Shown in pieces: positions 37,984 to 47,390 of a DNA stretch of 64,000 nucleotides. Made by a program: the position numbers and the translations under genes. The stretch spans positions 26,175 to 90,174 of the forward strand of contig CAIKKG010000001.1 of the NCBI GenBank assembly GCA_903827975.1. The letters are read 5' to 3'. The stretch is from an uncultured bacterium. GTDB lineage: Bacteria > Patescibacteriota > Minisyncoccia > UBA6257 > GWB1-50-10. Below the pieces are notes generated by a model, which made no database searches, had not been told where the DNA came from, and saw only the letters and a list, made by a program, of their open reading frames with translations. The number at the start of each line of letters is the position of its first letter. Within the stretch, counting starts at the first letter, position 1.

Positions 37984-39906
37984 ATGGCTGAAAAAATAAA
38001 AAAAGAACAAGCATCATATAGTGCAAAAGACATTCAGGTTTTGGAGGGTCTAGACCCTGTTCGAAAGAGGCCGGGAATGTATATCGGTACAACAGGACCT
38101 GACGGACTTCACCACCTTGTGTGGGAAATTATAAATAACTCAATTGACGAGGCTATGGCAGGCTCGGCAAATTATGTGAAGGTTGAACTCCTTCATGACG
38201 GTGGAGTTTCTATAACTGATAATGGTCGCGGAATTCCTGTTGATATTCACCCAAAGACAAAAAAGTCCGCACTTGAAACGGCACTTTGTACGTTGCACGC
38301 TGGAGGAAAATTTGCAGAAGGTTCATATAAAGTATCAGGTGGTCTACACGGTGTTGGTGTATCTGTCGTGAATGCACTTTCAACAAAAATGAAGGCGGAG
38401 GTTTGGCGCGATGGCGGTGCATACATGCAGGAATATAAAATCGGTGTTCCGCAGTACAACGTAAAGAAAGTTGGAAAGGCAGATAATACTGGTACTCGTA
38501 TAACATTTTATGCGGACCCAACAATTTTTTCTGTAATTGAGTATGACCTAAAAAAGATTTTGGATTATTTGAGAAACCAGGCATACCTTACGAAGAGTAT
38601 TCGCATTGATTTAGTTGATGAGCGTGGCGAGATACCATCCTATTACGGATTTTATTTTGAGGGGGGATTACTTTCATTACTCGCGCATCTATTAGGAGAG
38701 AGACAGCCAGTTCACAACACATTATTTTATGCGCAGAAAGAAGTTGATGGAATCGACATAGAAACCGCATTCGCATACACGGGTGATACGGATGTTGAGG
38801 AGTTAAGTTTTGCTAATAATATTTACACGCCAGATGGTGGAACCCATCTTACTGGTCTTCGCTCCGCACTTACTCGCACATTGAATGATTTTGCGCGTCG
38901 CGAGGGTTATTTGAAAGAATCAGAAGAGAATTTGACTGGAGATGACGTGCGCGAAGGACTTGTGGCTGCAGTTTCTATTAAAATTAGAGAACCACAATTC
39001 GAAGGTCAGACAAAGGCGCGACTTGGTAATACAGAGGCTCGTGCAGCTGTAGAGTCAGCAGTCTCCGAGAACCTAAAAGAATTTTTAGAAAGATATTCAG
39101 GAGATGCAAGGAAGATTATAGAGAAGAACCTCTTGGCTGCGAAAGCAAGAAAGGCCGCTAAAGCAGCGAAGGATACGGTAATGCGCAAAGGAGCTTTCGA
39201 GGGGCTCACGCTTCCAGGCAAGCTAGCTGATTGTAGTTCACGCAGACCAGACGAGTCAGAACTATTTATTGTTGAGGGAGATTCCGCAGGAGGTTCATGT
39301 AAGCAGGGAAGGGATAGGCGCACCCAGGCCGTACTTCCACTCAAAGGAAAAATTTTAAATGTGGAGAAGGCGCGCATTGATAAGATGTTGTTGAACAAAG
39401 AAATTCGTTCACTTGTTGTTGCACTTGGAACTGCTATTTCAGATCAGTTTGATATTGAAAAACTTAGATATCACAAAGTTATTTTGATGACAGATGCTGA
39501 TGTTGACGGCGCTCACATCCGAACCTTGTTACTCACACTTTTTTACCGATACTTCCCACAGATTGTAAACGGCGGATTCCTATATATTGCACAACCACCA
39601 CTTTTTAGAGTTCAGAAGGGTAAGGAGGTTCAGTATGTTTTCAATGAGGATAAGCTTCAGGAGGTATTAAAGGTATATGGAAAGGAGTCAGTAAACATTC
39701 AGCGATACAAAGGTCTTGGAGAGATGAACCCAGAACAGCTCTGGGAGACCACTCTAAACCCAGGAAATCGTGTTTTAAAGCAGGTTAATGTGGAGGATGC
39801 AGTCCAGGCTGATAAAATGTTTGATATTCTTATGGGTGAGGCAGTTGAACCACGCAAGAACTTCATTCAGGCCCACGCGGCATCAGTGAAGAACCTTGAC
39901 GTCTAG
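37984..39906 (+). CDS. gyrB: DNA gyrase subunit B
   Basis: [18 protein letters not shown] ATPase, TOPRIM (EGDSAGGS) and a C-terminal tail; 640 aa. Confidence 0.95.
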   Translation: MAEKIKKEQASYSAKDIQVLEGLDPVRKRPGMYIGTTGPDGLHHLVWEIINNSIDEAMAGSANYVKVELLHDGGVSITDNGRGIPVDIHPKTKKSALETALCTLHAGGKFAEGSYKVSGGLHGVGVSVVNALSTKMKAEVWRDGGAYMQEYKIGVPQYNVKKVGKADNTGTRITFYADPTIFSVIEYDLKKILDYLRNQAYLTKSIRIDLVDERGEIPSYYGFYFEGGLLSLLAHLLGERQPVHNTLFYAQKEVDGIDIETAFAYTGDTDVEELSFANNIYTPDGGTHLTGLRSALTRTLNDFARREGYLKESEENLTGDDVREGLVAAVSIKIREPQFEGQTKARLGNTEARAAVESAVSENLKEFLERYSGDARKIIEKNLLAAKARKAAKAAKDTVMRKGAFEGLTLPGKLADCSSRRPDESELFIVEGDSAGGSCKQGRDRRTQAVLPLKGKILNVEKARIDKMLLNKEIRSLVVALGTAISDQFDIEKLRYHKVILMTDADVDGAHIRTLLLTLFYRYFPQIVNGGFLYIAQPPLFRVQKGKEVQYVFNEDKLQEVLKVYGKESVNIQRYKGLGEMNPEQLWETTLNPGNRVLKQVNVEDAVQADKMFDILMGEAVEPRKNFIQAHAASVKNLDV

Positions 39907-39955
39907 ACCTTGATTTAGTGGTAAATTAAATGGTATAGTTGATTTCGTAACATTT

Positions 39956-40150
39956 ATGTCAAATATTATTGAACGAATGAGAGTGTTTTGGCAGGAGTCA
40001 CGCCAAGAACTTAAAAGGGTAAATTGGCCAACGCGCGAAGAGACAATTCGCTACACATTATTTGTGGTGGGATTTTCAATTTTCTTTGCGATATTTTTGG
40101 GCATAATAGATTACGGATTCGTAAGAATACTTGAAAAAATAATCTCATAA
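39956..40150 (+). CDS. secE: preprotein translocase subunit SecE
   Basis: 64 aa with a single C-terminal transmembrane helix; immediately upstream of nusG. Confidence 0.7.
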   Translation: MSNIIERMRVFWQESRQELKRVNWPTREETIRYTLFVVGFSIFFAIFLGIIDYGFVRILEKIIS

Positions 40151-40153
40151 TTC

Positions 40154-40711
40154 ATGAGCGAAAAAAAAGAACAAATGATTAATCACGAGCGTCGCTGGTA
40201 TGCGGTGCATACGTATGCCGGATACGAGGACGCTGTCTCTCGCTATCTTAAACAACGCGTAGAATCGATGTTTATGTCAGATAAAATCTTTAATGTCATT
40301 GTTCCTAAAGAAACAAAGATTAAGGTTAAGGGCGGAAAGCGCTACACAATAGAAGAGAAGACATTCCCTGGTTATGTATTAGTTGAGATGATATTGGATC
40401 ATGATTCATGGTCAGTAGTCCGAAACACACCACGCGTAACAGGATTCGTTGGTTCAGATAGTACGACACCAACACCACTTTCAGACGAAGAAATTAAATC
40501 ACTTCTCATGAAAATGAGTGGAGAGGAGACAAAGTACACAATCGATATTAAGGTGGGTGAGATAGTAAAGATTACAGACGGTCCATTTAAGGAGCAGGAG
40601 GGCAAGGTTGCTGATATTGATGAGGAGCATGGTAAGGTAAAGGTCTTGGTTCCAATCTTTGGTCGCGACACACTTCTTGAGCTAGACTCATTGCAAGTAC
40701 AGAAAATTTAA
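40154..40711 (+). CDS. nusG: transcription termination/antitermination factor NusG
   Basis: NGN domain (WYAVHTYAGYE) and a C-terminal KOW (VGEIVKITDGPFKEQEGKV). Confidence 0.9.
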   Translation: MSEKKEQMINHERRWYAVHTYAGYEDAVSRYLKQRVESMFMSDKIFNVIVPKETKIKVKGGKRYTIEEKTFPGYVLVEMILDHDSWSVVRNTPRVTGFVGSDSTTPTPLSDEEIKSLLMKMSGEETKYTIDIKVGEIVKITDGPFKEQEGKVADIDEEHGKVKVLVPIFGRDTLLELDSLQVQKI

Positions 40712-40727
40712 GGTATAAAATAACTCT

Positions 40728-41153
40728 ATGGCGAAACCGATAAAAACAGTATTAAAACTCCAGATTGAGGCGGGAAAGGCAAATCCAGCGCCTCCGATCG
40801 GACCTGCACTTGGTCAGCATGGTGTAAATATCCAGCAGTTCTGTCAGCAGTTTAATGCTGCAACGCAGGAGATGGTTGGGGATATCATTCCAGCTGAGAT
40901 AACCATTTACGAGGACCGCACATTTGATTTCAAATTGAAGACATCTCCTTCCTCAGCTCTTTTGAGAAAGGCTGCGGGAATTGCAAAGGGTTCAGCAACA
41001 CCACAATCAGTTAAGGTTGGTAAGGTGACGCGAGCACAGCTCCGCGATATCGCAGAGAAGAAGATGATTGATCTGAATGCGAATGATGTTGAGGCTGCGA
41101 TGAAAATCATCGAAGGCAGCGCTCGTAATATGGGAATTGAAATAGTAGACTAA
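40728..41153 (+). CDS. rplK: 50S ribosomal protein L11
   Basis: Canonical L11 N-terminus ([34 protein letters not shown]). Confidence 0.9.
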   Translation: MAKPIKTVLKLQIEAGKANPAPPIGPALGQHGVNIQQFCQQFNAATQEMVGDIIPAEITIYEDRTFDFKLKTSPSSALLRKAAGIAKGSATPQSVKVGKVTRAQLRDIAEKKMIDLNANDVEAAMKIIEGSARNMGIEIVD

Positions 41154-41154
41154 G

Positions 41155-41180
41155 AAAAAGACCCGAAAGGGTCTTTTTTT
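41155..41180 (+). terminator. rho-independent terminator after rplK (GACCC-GAAA-GGGTC followed by T7)
   Basis: Perfect stem and T-run; notable because rplA/rplJ do not follow. Confidence 0.6.
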
Positions 41181-41243
41181 AATTTACGTATTCTTATTTT
41201 TAAATATATATATGTTAAACTAAATTAAATAACCTCAATCAAC

Positions 41244-43319
41244 ATGAACTCAAGAAGCAAAGCAGGATTCACATTGGTTGAACTCCTTATTGTAATCGCA
41301 ATTCTCGCAATACTTTCGGTCGCGGCAATCTTAGTTATAAACCCAGCACAACTCCTAAAGCAGGGAAGAGATGCCACTCGTCTATCTGATATGGCTGCTC
41401 TTAACTCAGCTCTCGCGCTTTACAATACTGACGCAGCTAACGGTTTCATGGGAACTTCAACGTATATTTATGTTTCAATTCCTGACTCCAGTCCAACGTG
41501 TGCAAATCTCGGTCTACCAACACTTCCAAGTGGTCAGTACAGTTGTGTTGCCTCCTCAACTCTCAGAAAGACTGATGGCACGGGATGGGTTCCTGTGAAT
41601 TTCAGTAGTCTAACATTTGGAAATCCATTACCGAATCTCCCTATCGATCCAATTAACGCAACTTCAACTGGAACATACTACACATACGCAGGAGGAAGCT
41701 GGGCCCTTTCTGCTGTTATGGAATCCACCAAGCAGGCCGTTGTAATGGCATCTGACGGAGGACGAAGTGCATACGCATATGAGGTTGGCTCTAATCTTAC
41801 GCTTACTCCAACATCAACACTTAGAAGGGCGATGCCAGTTGTTGCTCTTACAATAAACGCACCAGCACTTACAACATCAAAGGTGTATGACGGAAACACA
41901 TCTGCTGTGGTTGCTGCTGGCACACTTTCCGGAGTTGCAAGTGGAGATGTGGTTACAGTGTCTGCAACTGCAACTTATAATTCAGCTACAATCGAAACAG
42001 GAAAAACAATCACGGTTGTATATACGCTCGGAGGAGCTGACGCCGCTCAATATTCAGCTCCAACAAATTATGTTGTAAATACGGGCGCAATTACAACCGT
42101 TCAGTTATCAATAGGTAATCCAACAATTACAACATCAAAGACATATGACAGGACTACGTCCGCCGGGGTTACTGCTAGCACGCTTTCTGGAGTTGCTAAC
42201 GGTAATACAGTTACGGTGTCCGCAACTGCAACGTATGATTCAGCATCTGTTGGCACAGGAAAAACAATAACCGTTGTATACACATTGGGAGGTGCAAATG
42301 CATCGAATTATACGGCTCCAACAAATTATGTTGTTAATACTGGAGTTGTTTCAGCCATAGAACTACAAATAGGTAGCCCAACGGTCACAACATCAAAGAC
42401 ATATGATGGCACAAAATCCGCTGCGGTCACTGCTGGTTCACTCACGGGAGTTATTAGTGGTGACACGGTTACAGTATCCGCAACCGCAACATATGATTCA
42501 GCATCTGTTGGAACTGGAAAAACAATAACCGTTGAATATACATTGAGCGGAGCGAGTTCTGGAAATTATTCAGCTCCAGGAAATTATATTTTGAATACTG
42601 GAATAATAGTTTCAAATATTGCTAACACAACTTGTAAGGCAATTTTGGATGCTGGTTCTTCTACTGGTAGCGGCGTCTATACAATAGATCCGAATGGAGG
42701 TTCGAATGCTGACGCATTTCAGGCGTATTGCGATATGACTACTGATGGCGGTGGATGGGCGCTTGTGGCATTACCAACTGATTCGTACAGCATTTTTAGT
42801 GAGCCAACGGGTCTTCTCGATCCTACGGCATCGCTTGGAGCAAGAAATTCAAATTATTGGAGCTCGGGTTCAACAAATACATTTACTCAGATTAGATTTA
42901 CTGACTCTTGGCCTTCTCGCTCGTATTATGATATCGCGACGTTTGGTTCAGCTGTATCAATGTCGAGTCTCATGACTTCCTACCCAACATATTCTCAGTA
43001 TCCAGTAGCAACAACAAATATATCATCAAGTATTGGGTCAACATGCTTCATAGTTAGGGGGAAGAGTTCCGCTGATATGCAATGGAGTGACGGAGCCGAT
43101 TGGTTATTTATGGGATTCCATTCTCTTTGTTCGGTGCCAATATCCAATACAGATGCTTGGGATGTGTACAGTTACTCCAATCAGTGGGTGGTAGGCGCGA
43201 GAGATAACAGTGGCGATCCACAAAGTAACCCAACGGCTGTCGGGCGCATGACGGGCGGTTGTCATTGGAACGCAAATTCCTGTCCAGCAACAAATAGAAC
43301 CATAATCTGGGTTAGATAA
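41244..43319 (+). CDS. large type IV pilin-like protein with three tandem YDG-type (MBG-like) repeats and a C-terminal fibrinogen-related domain; candidate pilus-tip adhesin
   Basis: Prepilin motif KAG|FTLVELLIVIAILAIL; three about 82 aa repeats (TTSKVYDGNTSA...TITVVYTLGGA...YSAPTNYVVNTG); C-terminus GVYTIDPNGGSNADAFQAYCDMTTDGGGWALVA matches the fibrinogen C-terminal domain signature. Confidence 0.6.
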   Translation: MNSRSKAGFTLVELLIVIAILAILSVAAILVINPAQLLKQGRDATRLSDMAALNSALALYNTDAANGFMGTSTYIYVSIPDSSPTCANLGLPTLPSGQYSCVASSTLRKTDGTGWVPVNFSSLTFGNPLPNLPIDPINATSTGTYYTYAGGSWALSAVMESTKQAVVMASDGGRSAYAYEVGSNLTLTPTSTLRRAMPVVALTINAPALTTSKVYDGNTSAVVAAGTLSGVASGDVVTVSATATYNSATIETGKTITVVYTLGGADAAQYSAPTNYVVNTGAITTVQLSIGNPTITTSKTYDRTTSAGVTASTLSGVANGNTVTVSATATYDSASVGTGKTITVVYTLGGANASNYTAPTNYVVNTGVVSAIELQIGSPTVTTSKTYDGTKSAAVTAGSLTGVISGDTVTVSATATYDSASVGTGKTITVEYTLSGASSGNYSAPGNYILNTGIIVSNIANTTCKAILDAGSSTGSGVYTIDPNGGSNADAFQAYCDMTTDGGGWALVALPTDSYSIFSEPTGLLDPTASLGARNSNYWSSGSTNTFTQIRFTDSWPSRSYYDIATFGSAVSMSSLMTSYPTYSQYPVATTNISSSIGSTCFIVRGKSSADMQWSDGADWLFMGFHSLCSVPISNTDAWDVYSYSNQWVVGARDNSGDPQSNPTAVGRMTGGCHWNANSCPATNRTIIWVR
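41862..42600 (+). repeat. three tandem about 246 bp coding repeats inside the pilin-like gene
   Basis: Near-identical protein repeat units visible in the translation (aa about 207-452). Confidence 0.6.
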
Positions 43320-43362
43320 AATAATTTTAATTTTTTCTAATATAATTTTTCTACTAGTGTAT

Positions 43363-43388
43363 AAAAAAACGCCCGATGGGCGTTTTTG
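43363..43388 (+). terminator. terminator after the pilin-adhesin gene (CGCCC-GAT-GGGCG followed by T5)
   Basis: GC hairpin preceded by A7 and followed by a T-run. Confidence 0.55.
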
Positions 43389-43414
43389 ACAAAGCTGGTG
43401 GTAAGCGTTATTTT
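43386..43414 (+). promoter_or_regulatory. sigma70-like promoter (TTGACA-17-TATTTT) for the small Cys-rich gene and tmk
   Basis: Consensus -35 overlapping the terminator T-run; GGAGGA RBS 7 nt before the GTG start at 43450. Confidence 0.45.
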
Positions 43415-43449
43415 TCTACAGGCACCTTAACATATATGGAGGATAGAAA

Positions 43450-43722
43450 GTGAATAAAATTGTTTTATCTGATTATGGCGATGCAACGCATCATAGCTTC
43501 GCAGACGATTATAAGCTAGTTGATAGAATAGGGAATCACAATAAATGTGGTGGTGAGATGTGCATCATTCCAATTCACACACGCAGGATAATCTTGTGTT
43601 ATAAATGTGGATGGATGAGTGACGTATTGCAAAGCAATGTAAAAACAATCGGGGCACTAAGAGATTATTTTTGGTGCTACAATAATAAAATAGGAGGAAC
43701 TGATGAGCAACAAGAAAAATAA
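43450..43722 (+). CDS. small Cys-rich (zinc-ribbon-like CxxxxC...CxxC) hypothetical protein, GTG start, translationally coupled to tmk
   Basis: 90 aa; CGGEMC...CYKCGW; strong RBS; 3' end overlaps the tmk start by 20 nt. Confidence 0.45.
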   Translation: MNKIVLSDYGDATHHSFADDYKLVDRIGNHNKCGGEMCIIPIHTRRIILCYKCGWMSDVLQSNVKTIGALRDYFWCYNNKIGGTDEQQEK

Positions 43723-44509
43723 AAAAAGGGGGAAGTTCATTCTTTTAGAAGGAATTTCCGGTTGCGGAAAATCAACACTCGCAAAGCGCTTAGTTAGTTA
43801 TCTTGTGGAGCGCGGAGTAGAAGTGGTTCTCAATGCTGAGCCAACCAAAACGAGTTCGTTCGGCAAGACTGTTCGCGCTGTTATTGAGGGGAACGAGGTA
43901 TCTTCAGAAGATTTGTTGAAGCTAAAAACAGATACAATGTTTCTTGAGGTAATGTGCGGTAGCACCGTAGATATTAAGAAGTTCTGTGGAATTCTAGATC
44001 GCGTACCGAGAAAGTTATTAATTGGAAAAGAATTGACCGAGCTGGAACGTCAGGCATTATTTATTGCCGACAGATTCACTGACATTGTTGAGACCATAAT
44101 CCCAGCACTCGACGCGGGTAAGTGGGTTGTTCAGGACAGATATGATCTATCCAATTTTGCGTATGGTTCTGCGCACGGAGTCGCACTCGCAGAATTATCA
44201 AGATGGCATGATATTGTACTTGAAGATGAGTATATTATTCCTGACATAACATTTTTGATTGATATTGGACCAGCGGAGGCGGTAGAACGTCTTAAGAAGT
44301 CTGGTAAGCCAATAGACCTACACGAAGGGCTTGAGAGCCTTACGGCTATTCGTAACGAATATGACGTGGTTATAAAGGCCCAAGCCTCATTGGCCGACGA
44401 GGGCAAGGAGGCCCACAGCGTAGTCATTTTGGACGGAGATCAGCCAGTTCACGAGGTATTTGAAGACATGAAGGGTAAGCTTATTAAATATCATATTCTC
44501 AAAAAGTAA
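43703..44509 (+). CDS. tmk: thymidylate kinase-like P-loop kinase with an about 50 aa insertion
   Basis: GKFILLEGISGCGKST P-loop, the DRY motif region (VVQDRYDLSNFAYG) and a lid-like PDITFLIDIGPAEAVERLKK; 268 aa against about 210 typical. Confidence 0.55.
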   Translation: MSNKKNKKRGKFILLEGISGCGKSTLAKRLVSYLVERGVEVVLNAEPTKTSSFGKTVRAVIEGNEVSSEDLLKLKTDTMFLEVMCGSTVDIKKFCGILDRVPRKLLIGKELTELERQALFIADRFTDIVETIIPALDAGKWVVQDRYDLSNFAYGSAHGVALAELSRWHDIVLEDEYIIPDITFLIDIGPAEAVERLKKSGKPIDLHEGLESLTAIRNEYDVVIKAQASLADEGKEAHSVVILDGDQPVHEVFEDMKGKLIKYHILKK

Positions 44510-44522
44510 TTAATTTATACCA

Positions 44523-44548
44523 GACCCCCGCTTATGCGGGGGTTTTTG
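44523..44548 (+). terminator. terminator after tmk (CCCCCGC-TTAT-GCGGGGG followed by T5)
   Basis: Perfect 7 bp GC hairpin; it overlaps the upstream ATG of the long gatB ORF call, which argues for the downstream start. Confidence 0.6.
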
Positions 44549-44587
44549 CGTTATGTTAATCCTCTGCTATTATTGAATAGAAATACT

Positions 44588-46024
44588 ATGTATATCCCCA
44601 CAATCGGACTCGAGATTCATATGATAGCAAAAACGCGCACCAAGATGTTTTGTGCGTGTCCAAATAGTTTTGACGAGAATAATCCAAACGCAAATACTTG
44701 CCCAGTCTGTCTAGCGCACCCAGGCGCACTACCCGTTGCAAACGAGGAGGCTGTTAAGGGTATAGTAAAACTCGGTCTTGCTCTAAACGGACAGATTGCA
44801 AAACGCTCTCACTTTGATAGGAAGAGTTACTTCTATCCCGATCTTCCAAAAGGATATCAGATTTCACAATTCGATAGTCCATTTGTTCAAGGCGGAAATC
44901 TAAAAGGTGTTCGAATTACTCGCGTACATCTTGAAGAAGATGCTGGAAGATCTCTTCACGAACTTCCGGGTGGTGTTAAAACAAAAGATAGCGCAACCTA
45001 CATTGATTACAATCGCGGTGGTTCTCCGCTTTTTGAGTTAGTAACTGAGCCCGATATCAAAACATCAGATCAGGCCGTTGTCTTTGCAAAAGAGTTACAA
45101 CTTATTTTACGTTATCTTGGATTGTCTGACGCCGATATGGAAAAGGGTCATATGCGCGTTGAGGCAAATATTTCAATAAGTAAAAAAGATGGCGAGCTCG
45201 GAACTAAGGTTGAGGTAAAAAATATCAATTCATTTAGGGCGGTGCACGATGCAATTGAATTTGAATTAAAGCGACAGGAAGAAGTTCTTGAGTCAGGAGG
45301 AAAAATTATTCAAGAGACTCGTGGATGGAATGATGTTAAACACATCACAGAAAGTCAGCGCTCAAAAGAATCAGCACATGATTATCGTTATTTCCCTGAA
45401 CCTGATTTGCCAGAGATAGATCTGAGTGATTGGGATCTGGACGCAATGCGAAAAGAGCTACCAGAGCTTCCAGAGGAAAAGCGCGTTCGTCTTGTTGCTT
45501 CATTTGGCCTTACATCAGAACAGGCTGAGTCTCTTGTTGAGGATAAACAACTTGCACAATTTTTTGAGGAGTCGGCTTCAGAACTTGCGGATAAAACAAA
45601 GCCAGCGAATTTTCAATTGTTGCTTAATTACATAACGAGCGATTTACGTGGACTTTTAAATACGCGCGGACTCGCACTTTCAGATACGAAAATAAACCCA
45701 GAACATTTTGCGCACCTAGTTGCACTTGTTTCTGACGAAACACTCTCAAGTAGACTCGCAAAAGATTTATTGGTGAATATGTCTGAAACAGGAGAGGATC
45801 CAGAGTCTCTTATGAATGCATCAGGTATACGCGTAATTGGAGGGGAGGATGAGCTTGGAACAATTGCAGATGAAATAATTGGTAAAAATCCGAAAGCTGT
45901 TGAGGATTTTAAAAAAGGAAAAGAAAATGCTCTTCAGTTTCTTGTTGGACAGGGAATGGCAAAAACAAAAGGCCAGGCAAGTCCTGATAAACTTCGGGAA
46001 GTATTCTCCAAAAAACTTAAGTAA
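44588..46024 (+). CDS. gatB: Asp/Glu-tRNA amidotransferase subunit B
   Basis: IGLEIHMIAKTRTKMFCACPNSF...NTCPVCLAHPGALPVANEEAV and a C-terminal YqeY-like domain; start placed at MYIPTIGLEIH. Confidence 0.85.
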   Translation: MYIPTIGLEIHMIAKTRTKMFCACPNSFDENNPNANTCPVCLAHPGALPVANEEAVKGIVKLGLALNGQIAKRSHFDRKSYFYPDLPKGYQISQFDSPFVQGGNLKGVRITRVHLEEDAGRSLHELPGGVKTKDSATYIDYNRGGSPLFELVTEPDIKTSDQAVVFAKELQLILRYLGLSDADMEKGHMRVEANISISKKDGELGTKVEVKNINSFRAVHDAIEFELKRQEEVLESGGKIIQETRGWNDVKHITESQRSKESAHDYRYFPEPDLPEIDLSDWDLDAMRKELPELPEEKRVRLVASFGLTSEQAESLVEDKQLAQFFEESASELADKTKPANFQLLLNYITSDLRGLLNTRGLALSDTKINPEHFAHLVALVSDETLSSRLAKDLLVNMSETGEDPESLMNASGIRVIGGEDELGTIADEIIGKNPKAVEDFKKGKENALQFLVGQGMAKTKGQASPDKLREVFSKKLK

Positions 46025-46056
46025 ATAAAAAAGCGCCCCATTTGGGGGCGCTGAAA
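46025..46056. terminator. bidirectional terminator (AGCGCCCC-ATTT-GGGGCGCT)
   Basis: 8 bp GC stem flanked by an A-run and a T-rich run between convergent genes. Confidence 0.6.
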
Positions 46057-46437
46057 TTAAACACGGTTCCTATTGCCGTGACCATCGGCCTCATAGATAT
46101 AGGCGAGGGTCGCGACAACCGAAACCGTCACGAAAACCAAGAGGAAGATTGCTCCGTGGAGCCCATAGAGATGACCAGTTGTCACCTCAAAGAACCCAAC
46201 GAAGCTTAAGAGAAAGGCGATAAAGGCCGATGCCCTCATCTTCTCGATCCCCACTTGGTATGAGACAACCAGTAGCAGGCCAATTATAATGCCTGCGTCT
46301 GGACTGTGCGTGATTTCACCAACCCCATTCCTGAGGTGGTGAAACATTGAGTATGTCAGGCCTATGGTGAGACCCATAAGCGGGCCAGCCCCGAGGGCCA
46401 GAACTATTCCGGCCAGCATCTGCCTTAAGTTACTCAT
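46057..46437 (-). CDS. small polytopic membrane protein (126 aa), hypothetical; GC-rich relative to its surroundings
   Basis: 4 predicted transmembrane helices; GC-rich codon usage; its own strong promoter and an AAGGAG RBS. Confidence 0.5.
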   Translation of the reverse strand: MSNLRQMLAGIVLALGAGPLMGLTIGLTYSMFHHLRNGVGEITHSPDAGIIIGLLLVVSYQVGIEKMRASAFIAFLLSFVGFFEVTTGHLYGLHGAIFLLVFVTVSVVATLAYIYEADGHGNRNRV

Positions 46438-46464
46438 AAATCTCCTTTGTGAATGAGCACTAAC

Positions 46465-46493
46465 AATCTACAACAAAAAGAGTATAATGTCAA
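46465..46493 (-). promoter_or_regulatory. strong sigma70 promoter (minus-strand TTGACA-17-TAGATT) for the GC-rich membrane gene
   Basis: Plus-strand TGTCAA at 46488-46493 and AATCTA at 46465-46470; followed on the minus strand by AAGGAG and ATG. Confidence 0.5.
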
Positions 46494-46496
46494 TAA

Positions 46497-47390
46497 CTAT
46501 TTTAAAAATACTCTCGCAAGTTTTTCCGCTTCTGCGGACTTTGTAACCCAGTGAATTCGTATGTCAGGCTTAAACCAGGTAATCTGTCGCTTTGAGTAAT
46601 CAAGAATCTGCTTTGTAAGTTCATGTATAAAAGTCTCCTTATTAATCTTATTTTGTAATAAAAGAGCGGTATAGCGATATTCAAGGCCAAACGATTCAAG
46701 TTTTTTCCAAGATAAGCCACCGGCATGAAGCTTTTTTATTTCCGCGAGCATTCCAAGTTGAATTCTCTTCTCTAATCTTTTAATTACAAGATTTTTTAAT
46801 AATTCCTGCTTTTTAGAAATACCAATAAAGAGCGTTGGATATGGAAGTGGATTTTTTTTAATTTCAGGAACCCTACCAAGAGCATCTATAATTTCAAGTG
46901 CGCGAATAAGACGCCTTGGATTTTTAGAATCAATTGTTGAGGCTCTCCCAGGATCTTTTTCCTTGAGAATTTTAAATAATTCATCATTTGTTTTCTTCTC
47001 TAACTCCTTGCGAAGTTTTGCGTTTGGTTTAGCATCAGGAATAACTAGCCCGTCAACAAGCGCACGAATATAAAATCCTGTTCCTCCACAAACGATTGGT
47101 GTTTTTCCACGACGAACAATATCTTTAATGACTTTACCGCCGAGCCTTGCGTAGTGAGATGCTGTAAATGTGCGTTTTGGATCTGCAACGTCCAACATGT
47201 GGTGGGTGATACCATCCATTTCCTTTTTTGTAACCTTACCTGAGCCAAGATTAAATCCACGGTAAACCTGGCGAGAGTCTGCTGAGACAACCTCACCATT
47301 AAATTTTTTGGCAAGCAAAACCGCAAGCGAACTTTTACCACTTGCGGTCGGACCTACAACTACTATGAGTTTGGGAGTCAGTTCGTTCAC
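46497..47390 (-). CDS. miaA: tRNA dimethylallyltransferase
   Basis: IVVVGPTASGKSSLAVLLAKKFNGEVVSADSRQVYRGFNLGSGK P-loop/DMAPP-binding N-terminus. Confidence 0.85.
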   Translation of the reverse strand: MNELTPKLIVVVGPTASGKSSLAVLLAKKFNGEVVSADSRQVYRGFNLGSGKVTKKEMDGITHHMLDVADPKRTFTASHYARLGGKVIKDIVRRGKTPIVCGGTGFYIRALVDGLVIPDAKPNAKLRKELEKKTNDELFKILKEKDPGRASTIDSKNPRRLIRALEIIDALGRVPEIKKNPLPYPTLFIGISKKQELLKNLVIKRLEKRIQLGMLAEIKKLHAGGLSWKKLESFGLEYRYTALLLQNKINKETFIHELTKQILDYSKRQITWFKPDIRIHWVTKSAEAEKLARVFLK

